Source: Verrucomicrobiia bacterium
GTDB taxonomy: Bacteria > Verrucomicrobiota > Verrucomicrobiia > Limisphaerales > UBA1319
Length of the DNA stretch: 64,000 nucleotides
Direction of reading: 5' to 3'
Assembly: GCA_963664225.1 (NCBI GenBank)
Contig: OY760937.1
Location: 1,536,001 to 1,600,000 of the forward strand
Part shown: positions 10,451 to 20,645 of the stretch, piece after piece
Position numbering within the stretch: the first letter of the stretch is position 1
Layout of the letters: each line of letters starts with the position of its first letter
Made by a program: the position numbers and the translations under genes
The notes under the pieces: generated by a model
The model's input: the letters and a program-made list of their open reading frames with translations, nothing else
Databases searched by the model: none
What the model was told of the DNA's origin: nothing

Positions 10451-10718
10451 CCGCGGAAGAGCCAACCAACTGCGACACTATTCCTCGCTGGAGGCTTTGT
10501 TAGTTGTGCTTTATTTTCGGGGCGGTTGAAATAATTCATAGGGTAGGATTCAAAAGGAGTCGCAACGGCAAACTCCTAGCAAGAGTTAAAGGTGTTCGTC
10601 CGGAGGTAAACATTCTCAATTCCTTACAATCTCTTTAAGGAATGGCGCCTGGGAATGATACCCTCACGCCATCCCGATTCATTTGAAACAAATCATGCCC
10701 TGTGCTGTGTGATCACCC

Positions 10719-11945
10719 TCAGAACTTATAGATGACGTTGAGCGCCAGCGAGAGCGCATTGTTGTCGTTGACGCCAAAGGGGCGTTGATTTGCCAAATCA
10801 TGGTCCCAGCGAAACTCCGCCCGGGTGACGACGTTGGCCCAAAGCGAATAGTCAGTCGTAAAAGTCCAGGCGGCGACCTCGTTGCGAGGATGTGTGGTGG
10901 TGGCTGCCGGATCCAGGCTATACCATGTGCCGACGGTACCCGTGGCGTATTCCGCACGACTCGCGAGCTTGAGTTTCTCCGTAGCCTGATACATGAGATA
11001 TAATGACGCGGCATTCGCGTAACTGGAAGCCACGGTGTCTTTCTCTTTCGTGCCCCGATATTCCCAGGCATATCCCACTGTGAGGGCCTTCAAAGGCGTT
11101 GCAACCGCGCCTCCGACATAAAAGCTCGTAATGTCGCTGGCCGGGCTGGTGGCTCCCGAACCCAGGCCGTCAATGACCCCAAAACCCAGTGTGCTGCCTC
11201 CAAACCAGCCAAGGCTCTTGGGTGCGGTGAGCGTGATGAGTCCCATGTAGGTTTTCTCGGACTCGGCGGCGGGCACTCCCGCCCGCGTTGGGCGGGCATT
11301 CAATCCGGGCGACCAGGTGTTGGCCACGCCCGCCTGCGCCCCAATAATGTCGTTAAACTGGTAACTGGCCAGCACTCCGGTCAATTGCGTTGGTTCGATG
11401 AAGAAACCATAGGACCGGCTGAAGTTGGGATTATTGGCACTTTCGATGACTTCGTAACCGAGAAATTCCGTGAAGTTGCCCAGCTTGACGGTGATGTCGT
11501 TTCCTACAGGCACTTTCAAGTTCACATAGGCGTCCTTCAGGGCAAAGTCAGACAATCCAGCCCCGGGGGACTGGTTGTAATTAACCGCGTCCGGACCAAA
11601 CATCATCGTAAAATTGTAACCGGCGGACCATGGGGTCTCGTCCAAAGGCTTGCTTAAAGTCAGGAAGACCGCGTTCAGGTTAAAGCCATCCTGTTTTCCC
11701 GTGCCGTCATAGGATCGCCCGGGAAAGGTGTCTCCTGGCTGAGGATTGTTTACACCCCGGCCGCCGTTGCCGGTGCCAAATTTCCAGATGGCAGAGGTAT
11801 CGACATACCCACTGAGAGTCGTGCTGGACAAAGCCGTTATTACCGCATGTTGCTGTTCCTCCGCCTGCAGCAGGGCTGGAAGCGTGATAAGTCCTGTAGC
11901 GGCCAAGGCCAAAGTCCACGGACTGATTTTCGTCACTGGTCTCAT
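10719..11945 (-). CDS. Outer-membrane beta-barrel porin (DUF1597/bbp2-like)
   Basis: Signal peptide; TTLSGYVDTS, LGYEVIESANNPNFSRSY; C-terminal VIYKF. Confidence 0.8.
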   Translation of the reverse strand: MRPVTKISPWTLALAATGLITLPALLQAEEQQHAVITALSSTTLSGYVDTSAIWKFGTGNGGRGVNNPQPGDTFPGRSYDGTGKQDGFNLNAVFLTLSKPLDETPWSAGYNFTMMFGPDAVNYNQSPGAGLSDFALKDAYVNLKVPVGNDITVKLGNFTEFLGYEVIESANNPNFSRSYGFFIEPTQLTGVLASYQFNDIIGAQAGVANTWSPGLNARPTRAGVPAAESEKTYMGLITLTAPKSLGWFGGSTLGFGVIDGLGSGATSPASDITSFYVGGAVATPLKALTVGYAWEYRGTKEKDTVASSYANAASLYLMYQATEKLKLASRAEYATGTVGTWYSLDPAATTTHPRNEVAAWTFTTDYSLWANVVTRAEFRWDHDLANQRPFGVNDNNALSLALNVIYKF

Positions 11946-12361
11946 TGCTTTCCTTTTTTATTCGGTCAGTTGCGCGTCTCCCGTCCCGCCGCCAACGTTC
12001 ATCGACCGCATTGTGTATTCTGATTTTAAGGTTTCATTGCCCTCCCGGATGTAACCGGGAAGCCTCAGCAACGGCCCAAGCACGGACCATGCCAAGGCTT
12101 CATATTGTGATGAATATCCTTCCCTCCACTCCTGAATTGCAGTCTGCCCAACCTCTCGTGGCTGCATCAAGAATGGAGTGTGCGCAAAGATGATCACTTG
12201 GGCGGGCTGTAATTATGCACAATGAACAATAATACACACCGTAAGAACCCGGCATCGTTCTTGGCGCTCGTTAAACTGTGCCTTAAGCCATTCCACTGCC
12301 TTCGCATCCGATCGGTTCTGCGTCGCCGATGGGCGCAATGAATTATCGAACACAATTACTT

Positions 12362-12387
12362 TGAGGGATTTTCAAAGGGGCGGCGTA
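12362..12387 (+). promoter_or_regulatory. ECF-sigma promoter copy 2, upstream of the cus operon
   Basis: TGAGGGAT-N13-GCGTA. Confidence 0.75.
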
Positions 12388-12506
12388 TAATGGATGCGTC
12401 GATCAGAGTAATGATGTGGAAAACAAACCAGGGCAAACGAATCAAACTTGGATGTTATGCCATACCTCAATCGAACCGTGTTTGGACCCATAACAACAAT
12501 AAGACA

Positions 12507-12638
12507 ATGAACAATCTGTTTAATTATGCAAACGTCCTGCTCTTGGGCGTGCTTTTGGCGGGTGTGGTAATGCTTGCCTCCGGTTGTGAATCAAATGATC
12601 ACAGCAGCGCTCCGCAGTCTCAGGAACACCACCATTGA
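12507..12638 (+). CDS. 43-aa lipoprotein with a His tail
   Basis: Lipobox LASGC; ends QEHHH; lies directly downstream of the ECF promoter. Confidence 0.6.
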   Translation: MNNLFNYANVLLLGVLLAGVVMLASGCESNDHSSAPQSQEHHH

Positions 12639-12782
12639 AGTCCGTCGCACCTTCGGATAGATACTTGCGCGAATGCCTTGCATGATCTTGTTGCGCATAA
12701 ATAATGACGGCACACTTTAAAGAGATTAATTTGGATTTGTTGCGAGCTTTCCTATACACACATATTAAATATAATTTTGCCT

Positions 12783-14192
12783 ATGAAGTTGAAGCGCGCA
12801 CTCTATTTAACGACGGTTGGATTCCTGGGGGTGGCGCTTTTTGTTCTTGCCGGTTGCAAAGGTGTTCCGACAAAGGCAGAGAAGGAGGCGCGACAGCAAA
12901 TGCAGGAGGCTCGAGCGCATTATCGTCCCAATGATCACAAACCTGCGCTTCCGATTTTGACGACCAATTCCAACCTGGGCGATTTTCTGAGTTTTGCCCT
13001 GTTGAATCAGCCAAGTGTCGAGGCCGCTTATTACGACTGGGCGGCTTCGGTGGAGCGCATCACCACGGCCCGCTCCCTTCCGGACCCGCAGTTGACGTTT
13101 CAGATGGATATCCAGAATGTCGTCACCTCGATCATGCCGGGACTCATGGCCAATTTTCCGTGGCCGGGCAAACTCCGGGCCGGAGCCGGGGTGGCGTCGG
13201 CGGAAAGCCAGGCCAAATATTTTGCGTTTCAGTCGGCGGTCCTGAAGAGCGCTTTCGATGTGAAGAAGGCTTATTACCAGCTTTTCTTTCTCGAGGAAAA
13301 AATCCACGTCAATCGCGAGAACTTCAATCTGCTGGCAGGACTGGAAAAGCTTGCCCGCGCGCAAAACGAAGTGGGCAAGGTGACTTTGCAGGATGTGCTC
13401 CGCGCGCAAATCGAGCAGGCCCGCCTCAACACGGGAATTGCCAATCTCGAGGATTCGCGCAATTCGTTCCTGGCCCAATTCAAGGCGGCGTTGGGACTCA
13501 AAGCTCAAGATCCAGCCGCTCCAATGCCAAACCACTTTGAATCAACACCGCTGGATTTGACTTCCGACAAGCTTCTTGAGACTGCAATGGCTCAAAATAC
13601 CCGGCTCAAAGCACTGGAAGCCGAAGTGCGTGCGGCGGAAGTTTCCATTGTATTGGCTCGCAAGGCGCGCAGGCCTGATTTCAGCCTGGGACTCATGGCC
13701 GACGCGCAGATGGACCCAACACTCTATCGTCCCCTGGGCACAATGACGCTGCCCATCTGGCGGGACAAGATCGCGGCGCAAATCGCCGAGGCTCAAGCCA
13801 ACAAACGTTCAGCCGAAGCCCGCCTTTCTGACGAGCAGATTGCGCTGGCTGTGAATTTTGCGGACAGGAGTTTTCAGTATAGGGAAGCAACGCGCAACCT
13901 GGCCCTTCTCAATGACCAACTCTTGCCCAAAGCCCGTCAATCCCTCGACGTGGCCCGCTCAGGTTATCTTGGTGGACAAATCGATTTTTTCAATCTGACC
14001 GATGCGGAACGAACATTGCTCAGCTTCGAATTGGACCGGGTGGAGGCATCCATGCAACGGGAGATCGCCCTGGCTGAACTCTCGCTGATCATCGTGGGCA
14101 TGCCGCCATCCAATTCTGCCACAGATCCAAAGTCCCCCGGAATGTCGGGAGGCAGCCCCTCTTCGCCAAAGAAACAGTCCGGAGGCATGTAA
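12783..14192 (+). CDS. TolC/CusC-family outer-membrane efflux lipoprotein
   Basis: Lipobox LAGC; SLPDPQL, FPWPGKL, LPIWR and YxxGQIDF repeats typical of outer-membrane factors. Confidence 0.88.
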   Translation: MKLKRALYLTTVGFLGVALFVLAGCKGVPTKAEKEARQQMQEARAHYRPNDHKPALPILTTNSNLGDFLSFALLNQPSVEAAYYDWAASVERITTARSLPDPQLTFQMDIQNVVTSIMPGLMANFPWPGKLRAGAGVASAESQAKYFAFQSAVLKSAFDVKKAYYQLFFLEEKIHVNRENFNLLAGLEKLARAQNEVGKVTLQDVLRAQIEQARLNTGIANLEDSRNSFLAQFKAALGLKAQDPAAPMPNHFESTPLDLTSDKLLETAMAQNTRLKALEAEVRAAEVSIVLARKARRPDFSLGLMADAQMDPTLYRPLGTMTLPIWRDKIAAQIAEAQANKRSAEARLSDEQIALAVNFADRSFQYREATRNLALLNDQLLPKARQSLDVARSGYLGGQIDFFNLTDAERTLLSFELDRVEASMQREIALAELSLIIVGMPPSNSATDPKSPGMSGGSPSSPKKQSGGM

Positions 14193-14218
14193 TTTTTCCT
14201 GCAAACCAATCATTATTT

Positions 14219-16222
14219 ATGAAATGCAAGACCCCGAATTGGAAATGGCCGGTTCTATGCACGCTGGCTTTGTTGATGACAGTCAGCGCAGGTCTCATAC
14301 TTACGGCTTGTGGGCGGGCGGAGGGGCCTGTGGCGAACGCGGCAGCTAAAACCCTTTACACCTGCGGCATGCATCCCCAGGTCATCCAGGATAAACCCGG
14401 TAATTGCCCGATCTGCGGCATGAAGCTCACGCCGATCCGCAAACAGGCCGGAACTTCTGGAATAACCAACGCGTCCGCCTCAAATACGGGCGAACGCAAA
14501 ATCAAATATTACAAATCGACCATGAATCCCGGCGAGATGAAGCCTGAACCGGGCAAGGACAGCATGGGCATGGACATGGTCCCAGTCTATGCGGACGAGG
14601 CTGCGGCCGCCCAGTCTCAGACCATCGATCTCGACTCTGTCACCATCCAAACCATGGGCATCCGGACGGCTGCAGTCACACGTGGTCCATTGCGCCGGGT
14701 CATTCGAACCGTGGGCACGATCGATTACAACGAGACCGCTCAGCAGGATGTGAGCACCAAGTTCAAAGGCTGGATTGAAAAGCTTTACGTGGACGCCACC
14801 GGTCAGCAGGTCCATCGCGGCGATCCCCTTTTCGAGATTTATTCCCCGGAGCTTTACAGCGCGCAACGCGAATACCTGCTCGCCATTGATCAGGGAACGA
14901 ATGCGCCTGGCGCCATGGCCCTCAAAACCAGCGCGCTGACCAAGTTGAAGTTTTTTGACATCTCCGATGCGCAAATTGCAGATCTGGACCGCACGGGCCA
15001 GCCCAGCAAAACCCTGCGCATCCTCGCTCCGATGGATGGTTTTGTAGTCGAAAAGATGGTGGTTCAAGGCCAGATGGTGGATCCCGGCATGAAAATCTAC
15101 CGGCTGGCGGACCTCGGTCTGGTATGGGTGCAGGCCCAAGTTTATGAGCAGGACCTGTCCTATGTGAAGTTGGGGCAGGAGGCCACCGTCGCACTGTCCT
15201 ATCTTTCCGACCGAGAGTTTCGCGGGAGGGTTACCTACATTTATCCCAACGTGGATGAAAAGACCCGGACAGCGCGCGTGCGGATGGAATTTCACAACCC
15301 GGGTTATTTTCTAAAGCCGGGAATGTTTGCGACCGTTCAGGTCTCCTCTGAGTTGGACCCCTCCGTGCTGCTGGTCCCTGACATGGCCATCTTGCGCAGC
15401 GGCGAGAAATACACGGTCTTTGTGGCCCTCGATGGAGGGAAGTTCGAGCCGCGCACCCTCATATTGGGACCGCAAGCCGAGAATGACATGTACCAGGTGA
15501 TCAGTGGACTCAAGGAAGGCGAACGGATCGTCACTTCCGGCCAGTTCATGCTCGATTCGGAAAGCCAGCTTCGGGAGGCGATCCAGAAAATGCTTCAACC
15601 CAACAAACCCGGCGGTAGCGAACCTGTCGCGCAGGCGGCCCATGGTGGTATGGCTGGCGGTCAAAAACCCATGGCGGCGGCATTCAATGGAACCAACGCT
15701 CCCCGATCTGATGCTTCCGTGAAGTACATCTGCCCGATGCCGGAGCACGTTACCATCCAGTACGACCATCCAGGCAAGTGCTCCATCTGCGGCATGACCC
15801 TTGTTCCAGTGTCGGCAGCCGTTTTGAAAAACCTGCCTCCTGACGGCAAGCTGCTTTATTATACCTGCCCCATGCCGGAGCACAGTGACGTGCGCTCAGA
15901 TAAACCCGGCAAGTGTCCCAAGTGCGACATGACGCTGATTCCGGTCATGCAGCCGACGCCACTAGCGCCCACCTCCACGAACCAACCGGTTGTTGGGAAA
16001 GTTCAGGCCGCGCCCGCCATCCCCGCCACGCTTTACACCTGCCCGATGGCCTCCCATGCGGATGTGGTTTCGGACAAACCCGGCAAATGCCCCAAGTGCG
16101 AGATGGATCTTGTGCCCACCAGCACGGTGGCCCATGGGAAAGTCGCTGAGGAGGCCTGGCGCAAACAACATTCGAGTGCTCCGCCAACTACTGACACGAT
16201 GCCTCAGCAACACCAACACTAA
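14219..16222 (+). CDS. cusB: CusB-type RND periplasmic adaptor with multiple heavy-metal-binding domains
   Basis: YTCGMHP...CPICGM, KDSMGMDMVP, GWIEKL/YSPEL, LKPGMFA, SGQFMLDSES; three C-terminal YxCPM...PGKCxxC.M domains. Confidence 0.88.
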   Translation: MKCKTPNWKWPVLCTLALLMTVSAGLILTACGRAEGPVANAAAKTLYTCGMHPQVIQDKPGNCPICGMKLTPIRKQAGTSGITNASASNTGERKIKYYKSTMNPGEMKPEPGKDSMGMDMVPVYADEAAAAQSQTIDLDSVTIQTMGIRTAAVTRGPLRRVIRTVGTIDYNETAQQDVSTKFKGWIEKLYVDATGQQVHRGDPLFEIYSPELYSAQREYLLAIDQGTNAPGAMALKTSALTKLKFFDISDAQIADLDRTGQPSKTLRILAPMDGFVVEKMVVQGQMVDPGMKIYRLADLGLVWVQAQVYEQDLSYVKLGQEATVALSYLSDREFRGRVTYIYPNVDEKTRTARVRMEFHNPGYFLKPGMFATVQVSSELDPSVLLVPDMAILRSGEKYTVFVALDGGKFEPRTLILGPQAENDMYQVISGLKEGERIVTSGQFMLDSESQLREAIQKMLQPNKPGGSEPVAQAAHGGMAGGQKPMAAAFNGTNAPRSDASVKYICPMPEHVTIQYDHPGKCSICGMTLVPVSAAVLKNLPPDGKLLYYTCPMPEHSDVRSDKPGKCPKCDMTLIPVMQPTPLAPTSTNQPVVGKVQAAPAIPATLYTCPMASHADVVSDKPGKCPKCEMDLVPTSTVAHGKVAEEAWRKQHSSAPPTTDTMPQQHQH

Positions 16223-16233
16223 GCCCGCCACTT

Positions 16234-19200
16234 ATGCTTAAAGGCATCATCGATTTTTCGCTCAAGAATAAGTTCATCGTCCTGCTGGGAACGATCCTAC
16301 TCGTGATGGGCGGGCTTTACGCGCTCAAGAACATCCCGCTGGATGCCATCCCTGACCAATCCGACGTGCAGGTCATCGTCTATACCGAGTGGCCCGGTCA
16401 GGCGCCGCAGATCGTCCAGGATCAGGTCACCTATCCGCTCACCACCAAGATGCTCTCGGTGCCCAAGGCAAAAGTGGTGCGCGGCTATTCGTTCTACGGC
16501 TTCTCGTTTGTGTATGTCATTTTTGAGGACGGCACGGATCCCTACTGGGCCCGCAGCCGGGTGCTCGAATACCTGAGCGGCTTGAGCGGACGCCTGCCCG
16601 CCGGTGTCTCCCCAAGTCTCGGACCGGACGCCACCGGCGTGGGCTGGGCGTTCATGTATTCGATCAACTCGACGAACCGGGATCTGGCCGAACTGCGCTC
16701 CATGCAGGACTGGTATCTGCGTTACCAGCTCGCCTCTGTGGAAGGAGTGGCGGAAGTCGCCTCCGTCGGCGGCTTCGTAAAGCAATATCAGGTGACTGTC
16801 GATCCGACCAAATTGCGCGCCTATAACCTTTCCATCTCCGAAGTGGCCATGGCCGTCAAACGCAGCAACGGCGAGGTGGGTGGACGTTCCATCGAACTCT
16901 CGGAAAAAGAGTTCATCCTCCGCGTGCGTGGCTACATCGAAAAACTTGATGACCTGCGAAAAGTCGCCGTGGGTGTCGGCGATAAAGGGGTTCCAATTTT
17001 GTTGGGTCAGGTCGCCAATGTGGAACTGGGCCCGGATATGCGGCGGGGCATCGCTGAACTCAACGGAGAAGGGGAAACGGTCGCTGGCGTGGTCGTCGTG
17101 CGCTACGGAGCCAATGCCCGGCAGGTGATTCTCGACGTGAAGAAGCGGCTGGATGAGGCCATGAAGGGATTGCCTGCAGATGTCAAATACACCGTCGTCT
17201 ATGACCGAAGCGCGCTCATCCAGCGCGCCGTAAAAACACTCGAAGAAAAGCTCATTGAGGAAAGCATCGTCGTGGCGCTTGTTTGCATCGCCTTCCTCAT
17301 GCACCTGCGCAGCGCCTTTGTGGCGATCCTGATTTTACCCATCGCCGTGCTGATGTCCTTCCTCGTCATGTTCGGCCAGGGCATCAGTTCCAACATCATG
17401 TCCTTGGGTGGCATTGCCATTGCCATTGGCGCGATGGTGGATGCCGTGATCATCATGATCGAAAATGCCCACAAGCACATGGAGCACGATCAGGGCAAAA
17501 AACCTCACTGGGACATCATCCGCGATGCCTCGATCGAAGTGGGGCCGACATTGTTCTACTCGCTGCTGGTGATCACGGTATCGTTCATTCCGGTGTTCAC
17601 GCTCCAGGCTCAGGAGGGGCGCCTATTCAAGCCGCTGGCCTTCACGAAGACCTATTCCATGGGAGCGGCGGCCTTGCTCTCCATCACCCTCGCGCCGATT
17701 CTCATGGGCTTCTTCATCCGCGGTAAGATTCCGGCCGAGGAGAAAAATCCCATCAACCGTTTTCTCATCTGGCTCTACCATCCGGTGATCGATTTCGTCA
17801 TCAAATGGCGCTGGCCGGTGGTCTTCTCTGCCGCCGCCCTCATCGTTTGGGTGTTTCTCCCCTGGAACATGATTGTGGCGAAGGTGCTCCCCGACGGCAA
17901 AGCCAAGGAGTGGGCCTTCAAGGTGGGGAGGATTTTCCCATACCAGAACCTCGGTTCGGAATACATGCCCCCAATGTACGAGGGAGACCTTCTCTACATG
18001 CCCACGACCTTTCCGGGCATCTCGCCAACAAAGGCCCGTGAAATCCTCCAGACGACCGACCGCATGATCCGCCGCTTTCCAGAGGTGCACCATGTTTTCG
18101 GCAAGGTCGGCCGCGCTGAGAGCGCCACTGACCCCGCACCATTCGACATGGTGGAAACCACCGTCATGCTCAAGCCCGAGGAAGAATGGCCGGTGGTCGA
18201 TATCAAGGACGATGCCGGCAATGTCATTGCCCACCGGCGTCGCACTCCAGACGAGCTCATCGACGCGATGAACGCCGCTGTTCAAATCCCGGGCCTCAAC
18301 AACGCGTGGACCATGCCCATCAAGACGCGTATCGACATGCTTGCGACGGGCATCAAGACTCCTGTCGGCATCAAGATCGCCGGACCCAACCTGGCCGAAT
18401 TGGAGCGTGTGGCCTCGGAGGTTGAAGCCGTGGTTAAGGGCGTTCCCGGCACGCTGAGCGCCTTTGCAGAGCGCACCATGGGCGGCAATTATATCGAGTT
18501 CAACATCGATCGCGATGCCATTGCCCGCTACGGCCTGACCGTGGGCGATGTTCAGGACGTGTTGGAGGTCGCCCTGGGAGGCATGCCTTTGACCACCACG
18601 GTGGAGGGCCTCGAACGCTATGCCGTCAACCTCCGCTACAGCCGCGATTTCCGGGAGAACCTTGGTGCCTTGCGTGAAATCGTCGTGCCCACTCCGACCG
18701 GAGCGCAGATTCCCCTGGGACAGCTCGCCAAAATCGAAACCGTCCATGCCCCCATGGGCATCAAGAGCGAGGGAGCCGTTCCCAATGCCTGGATCTATGT
18801 CGATGTCAAAGGCATCGACATCGGCACCTACGTCCAGATGGCCATGCGCGCGGTCAACGAAGCGACGGCCAATGGGACGATCAAATTGCCCAGCGGCTAC
18901 AACATCTTCTGGAGTGGCCAATACGAATACATGCTCCGGTCCCAGCAGCGCCTGATGATCGTGGTGCCGCTCACACTCCTGCTCATCGTCCTGATCATTT
19001 ATCTGAACACACGCTCAGCCATCAAAACCGCCATCGTCATGCTGGCCGTGCCGTTCTCCCTGGTGGGAGCCATCGGCATCCTGGCGCTCCTTCACTACAA
19101 CCTGAGTGTGGCGGTATGGGTTGGAATCATCGCCCTGGCCGGCCTAGATGCCGAAACCGGCGTGGTCATGCTCCTGTACCTGGACCTTGCGTTCGACGAT

Positions 19201-19518
19201 TCGAAAAAGAAGGGTCTGATGCGCAATGTCACCGATTTGCGGGACGCCATTTATCATGGCGCCGTCAAACGCGTTCGCCCCAAGGCCATGACGGCCTGTG
19301 TGATCATCGCCGGATTGGCACCCATCCTCTGGAGCCATGGCAGCGGGGCCGACGTCATGAAACGCATCGCCACCCCCATGGTTGGGGGCGTGGTCACCTC
19401 CACCATGATGGAACTGCTGGTCTATCCCGCCATCTATTTTCTGTGGCGGTCGCATGGCATCCGACGCCTGCCGCCGTCTGAGACCGCCGGTCAGCCAGAT
19501 CCAAAGCCGCTTGCATGA
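16234..19518 (+). CDS. cusA: CusA/SilA-type heavy-metal RND permease (Cu/Ag)
   Basis: LDAIPDQSDVQVIVYT, YWARSRVLEYL, GPDATGVGW, TMPIKTRIDMLATG, KRVRPKAMT. Confidence 0.93.
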   Translation: MLKGIIDFSLKNKFIVLLGTILLVMGGLYALKNIPLDAIPDQSDVQVIVYTEWPGQAPQIVQDQVTYPLTTKMLSVPKAKVVRGYSFYGFSFVYVIFEDGTDPYWARSRVLEYLSGLSGRLPAGVSPSLGPDATGVGWAFMYSINSTNRDLAELRSMQDWYLRYQLASVEGVAEVASVGGFVKQYQVTVDPTKLRAYNLSISEVAMAVKRSNGEVGGRSIELSEKEFILRVRGYIEKLDDLRKVAVGVGDKGVPILLGQVANVELGPDMRRGIAELNGEGETVAGVVVVRYGANARQVILDVKKRLDEAMKGLPADVKYTVVYDRSALIQRAVKTLEEKLIEESIVVALVCIAFLMHLRSAFVAILILPIAVLMSFLVMFGQGISSNIMSLGGIAIAIGAMVDAVIIMIENAHKHMEHDQGKKPHWDIIRDASIEVGPTLFYSLLVITVSFIPVFTLQAQEGRLFKPLAFTKTYSMGAAALLSITLAPILMGFFIRGKIPAEEKNPINRFLIWLYHPVIDFVIKWRWPVVFSAAALIVWVFLPWNMIVAKVLPDGKAKEWAFKVGRIFPYQNLGSEYMPPMYEGDLLYMPTTFPGISPTKAREILQTTDRMIRRFPEVHHVFGKVGRAESATDPAPFDMVETTVMLKPEEEWPVVDIKDDAGNVIAHRRRTPDELIDAMNAAVQIPGLNNAWTMPIKTRIDMLATGIKTPVGIKIAGPNLAELERVASEVEAVVKGVPGTLSAFAERTMGGNYIEFNIDRDAIARYGLTVGDVQDVLEVALGGMPLTTTVEGLERYAVNLRYSRDFRENLGALREIVVPTPTGAQIPLGQLAKIETVHAPMGIKSEGAVPNAWIYVDVKGIDIGTYVQMAMRAVNEATANGTIKLPSGYNIFWSGQYEYMLRSQQRLMIVVPLTLLLIVLIIYLNTRSAIKTAIVMLAVPFSLVGAIGILALLHYNLSVAVWVGIIALAGLDAETGVVMLLYLDLAFDDSKKKGLMRNVTDLRDAIYHGAVKRVRPKAMTACVIIAGLAPILWSHGSGADVMKRIATPMVGGVVTSTMMELLVYPAIYFLWRSHGIRRLPPSETAGQPDPKPLA

Positions 19519-19588
19519 TGAACCACGAAAGTCGATGGAAGCACCGTACGACAAGCCCTGAGCGTGTCGCATGGCCGCGGCAAAAACG

Positions 19589-19614
19589 TGAGGGATTCTT
19601 TGTTGGGCAGCGTA
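19589..19614 (+). promoter_or_regulatory. ECF-sigma promoter copy 3, likely autoregulatory
   Basis: TGAGGGAT-N13-GCGTA upstream of the anti-sigma/sensor/sigma operon. Confidence 0.75.
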
Positions 19615-19788
19615 GTGTAACATTAGAGTGTGGTATGACGACTGGAGCCAGACCAAAAAGACAGAATCATAAGCACGAAGTGCATGAAGAACGAGCACGC
19701 GAAACCGAATATGTCAGCACGATTTCTCGCGACCTGGGAATTGGGCGTTGAATGTTGAACGCGAAAAGGTCATAGGATTGCTTGCAGT

Positions 19789-20136
19789 ATGAATCTGAAT
19801 CAAAATCCAAAAAATGATGAGGACCTTCGCGCCGTATTGCGTGAATGGGTTGTGGACACTTCGCTGCCATCTCGTTTTCAGGACCGGGTTTGGCAGCGGA
19901 TTGAGCAGGCTGAAACACGTCCGGAATCCAGGTTTTGGGCACAATTAGCCAGTCTGGTAGAAACCACCCTGCCCCATCCGAAAATCGCCTTTTCCTATTT
20001 TGCGAGCCTTTTGGTATTGGGAATCCTGGCCGGTTCTATGACGGCCCAGGTGAAAAGCAATCGCCTCAATTCAGACCTGAGCACGCGCTACGTCCAGTCA
20101 GTGGATCCTTACCAGAAAGATTTTTCTCAACCATGA
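19789..20136 (+). CDS. Putative membrane anti-sigma factor (CnrY-like position)
   Basis: LRAVLREW...PSRFQDRVWQRI, a single TM segment, YVQSVDPY; ATGA overlap with the next gene. Confidence 0.65.
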   Translation: MNLNQNPKNDEDLRAVLREWVVDTSLPSRFQDRVWQRIEQAETRPESRFWAQLASLVETTLPHPKIAFSYFASLLVLGILAGSMTAQVKSNRLNSDLSTRYVQSVDPYQKDFSQP

Positions 20137-20636
20137 AAAAGGGCGGATTAATCTTGTTGTCAGGCCTTTTGCTGGGCATCGCGGCCTTCTCAGGATTCTA
20201 TTATCTGGGAATGGCTCCGTGCCGAAACATGATGCAGGAGCCTCAACCGGAACTGGCCTGGCTGAAGAAGGAATTCAATCTCAACGAAGCTGAGTTCGCT
20301 CGCATCACACAATTGCATGAGGCCTACCTGCCCCAATGCGCCGAGCGATGCCGGCTCATCGAAGAGCAGAATGGGAAACTTAAGGCCCTGCTCCTCAGGG
20401 ATTCCACCATGACCCCTGAAATCCAGAGCCTGTTGACTGCGCGAGCCAAGACCCGGGCGCAATGTGAAGGGGAGATGCTGAAACACTTTCAGAATGTCAG
20501 CCGCGCAATGCCTTTTGAACAAGGCCGCCGCTACCTGGCATGGGTCCAGGCACAAACGGTGTTACAGGCCCAACCCATGGAAAGCCGCCACAAAATGCAA
20601 GGTGCCAACCCGATGATCGAAGATCCTCCCCGGTAA
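20133..20636 (+). CDS. Periplasmic heavy-metal sensor (CnrX-like)
   Basis: N-terminal TM; ELAWLKKEFNL...LHEAYLPQCAERC...CEGEMLKHF...AMPFEQGRRY. Confidence 0.75.
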   Translation: MKKGGLILLSGLLLGIAAFSGFYYLGMAPCRNMMQEPQPELAWLKKEFNLNEAEFARITQLHEAYLPQCAERCRLIEEQNGKLKALLLRDSTMTPEIQSLLTARAKTRAQCEGEMLKHFQNVSRAMPFEQGRRYLAWVQAQTVLQAQPMESRHKMQGANPMIEDPPR

Positions 20637-20645
20637 TGCCGCACC

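Noticed and set aside
16297..18921. Long antisense ORFs (335 and 432 aa) opposite cusA, and similar ones opposite cusB, cysN and the AcrA-type gene
   Set aside because: Shadow frames of GC-rich coding sequence with no motifs.
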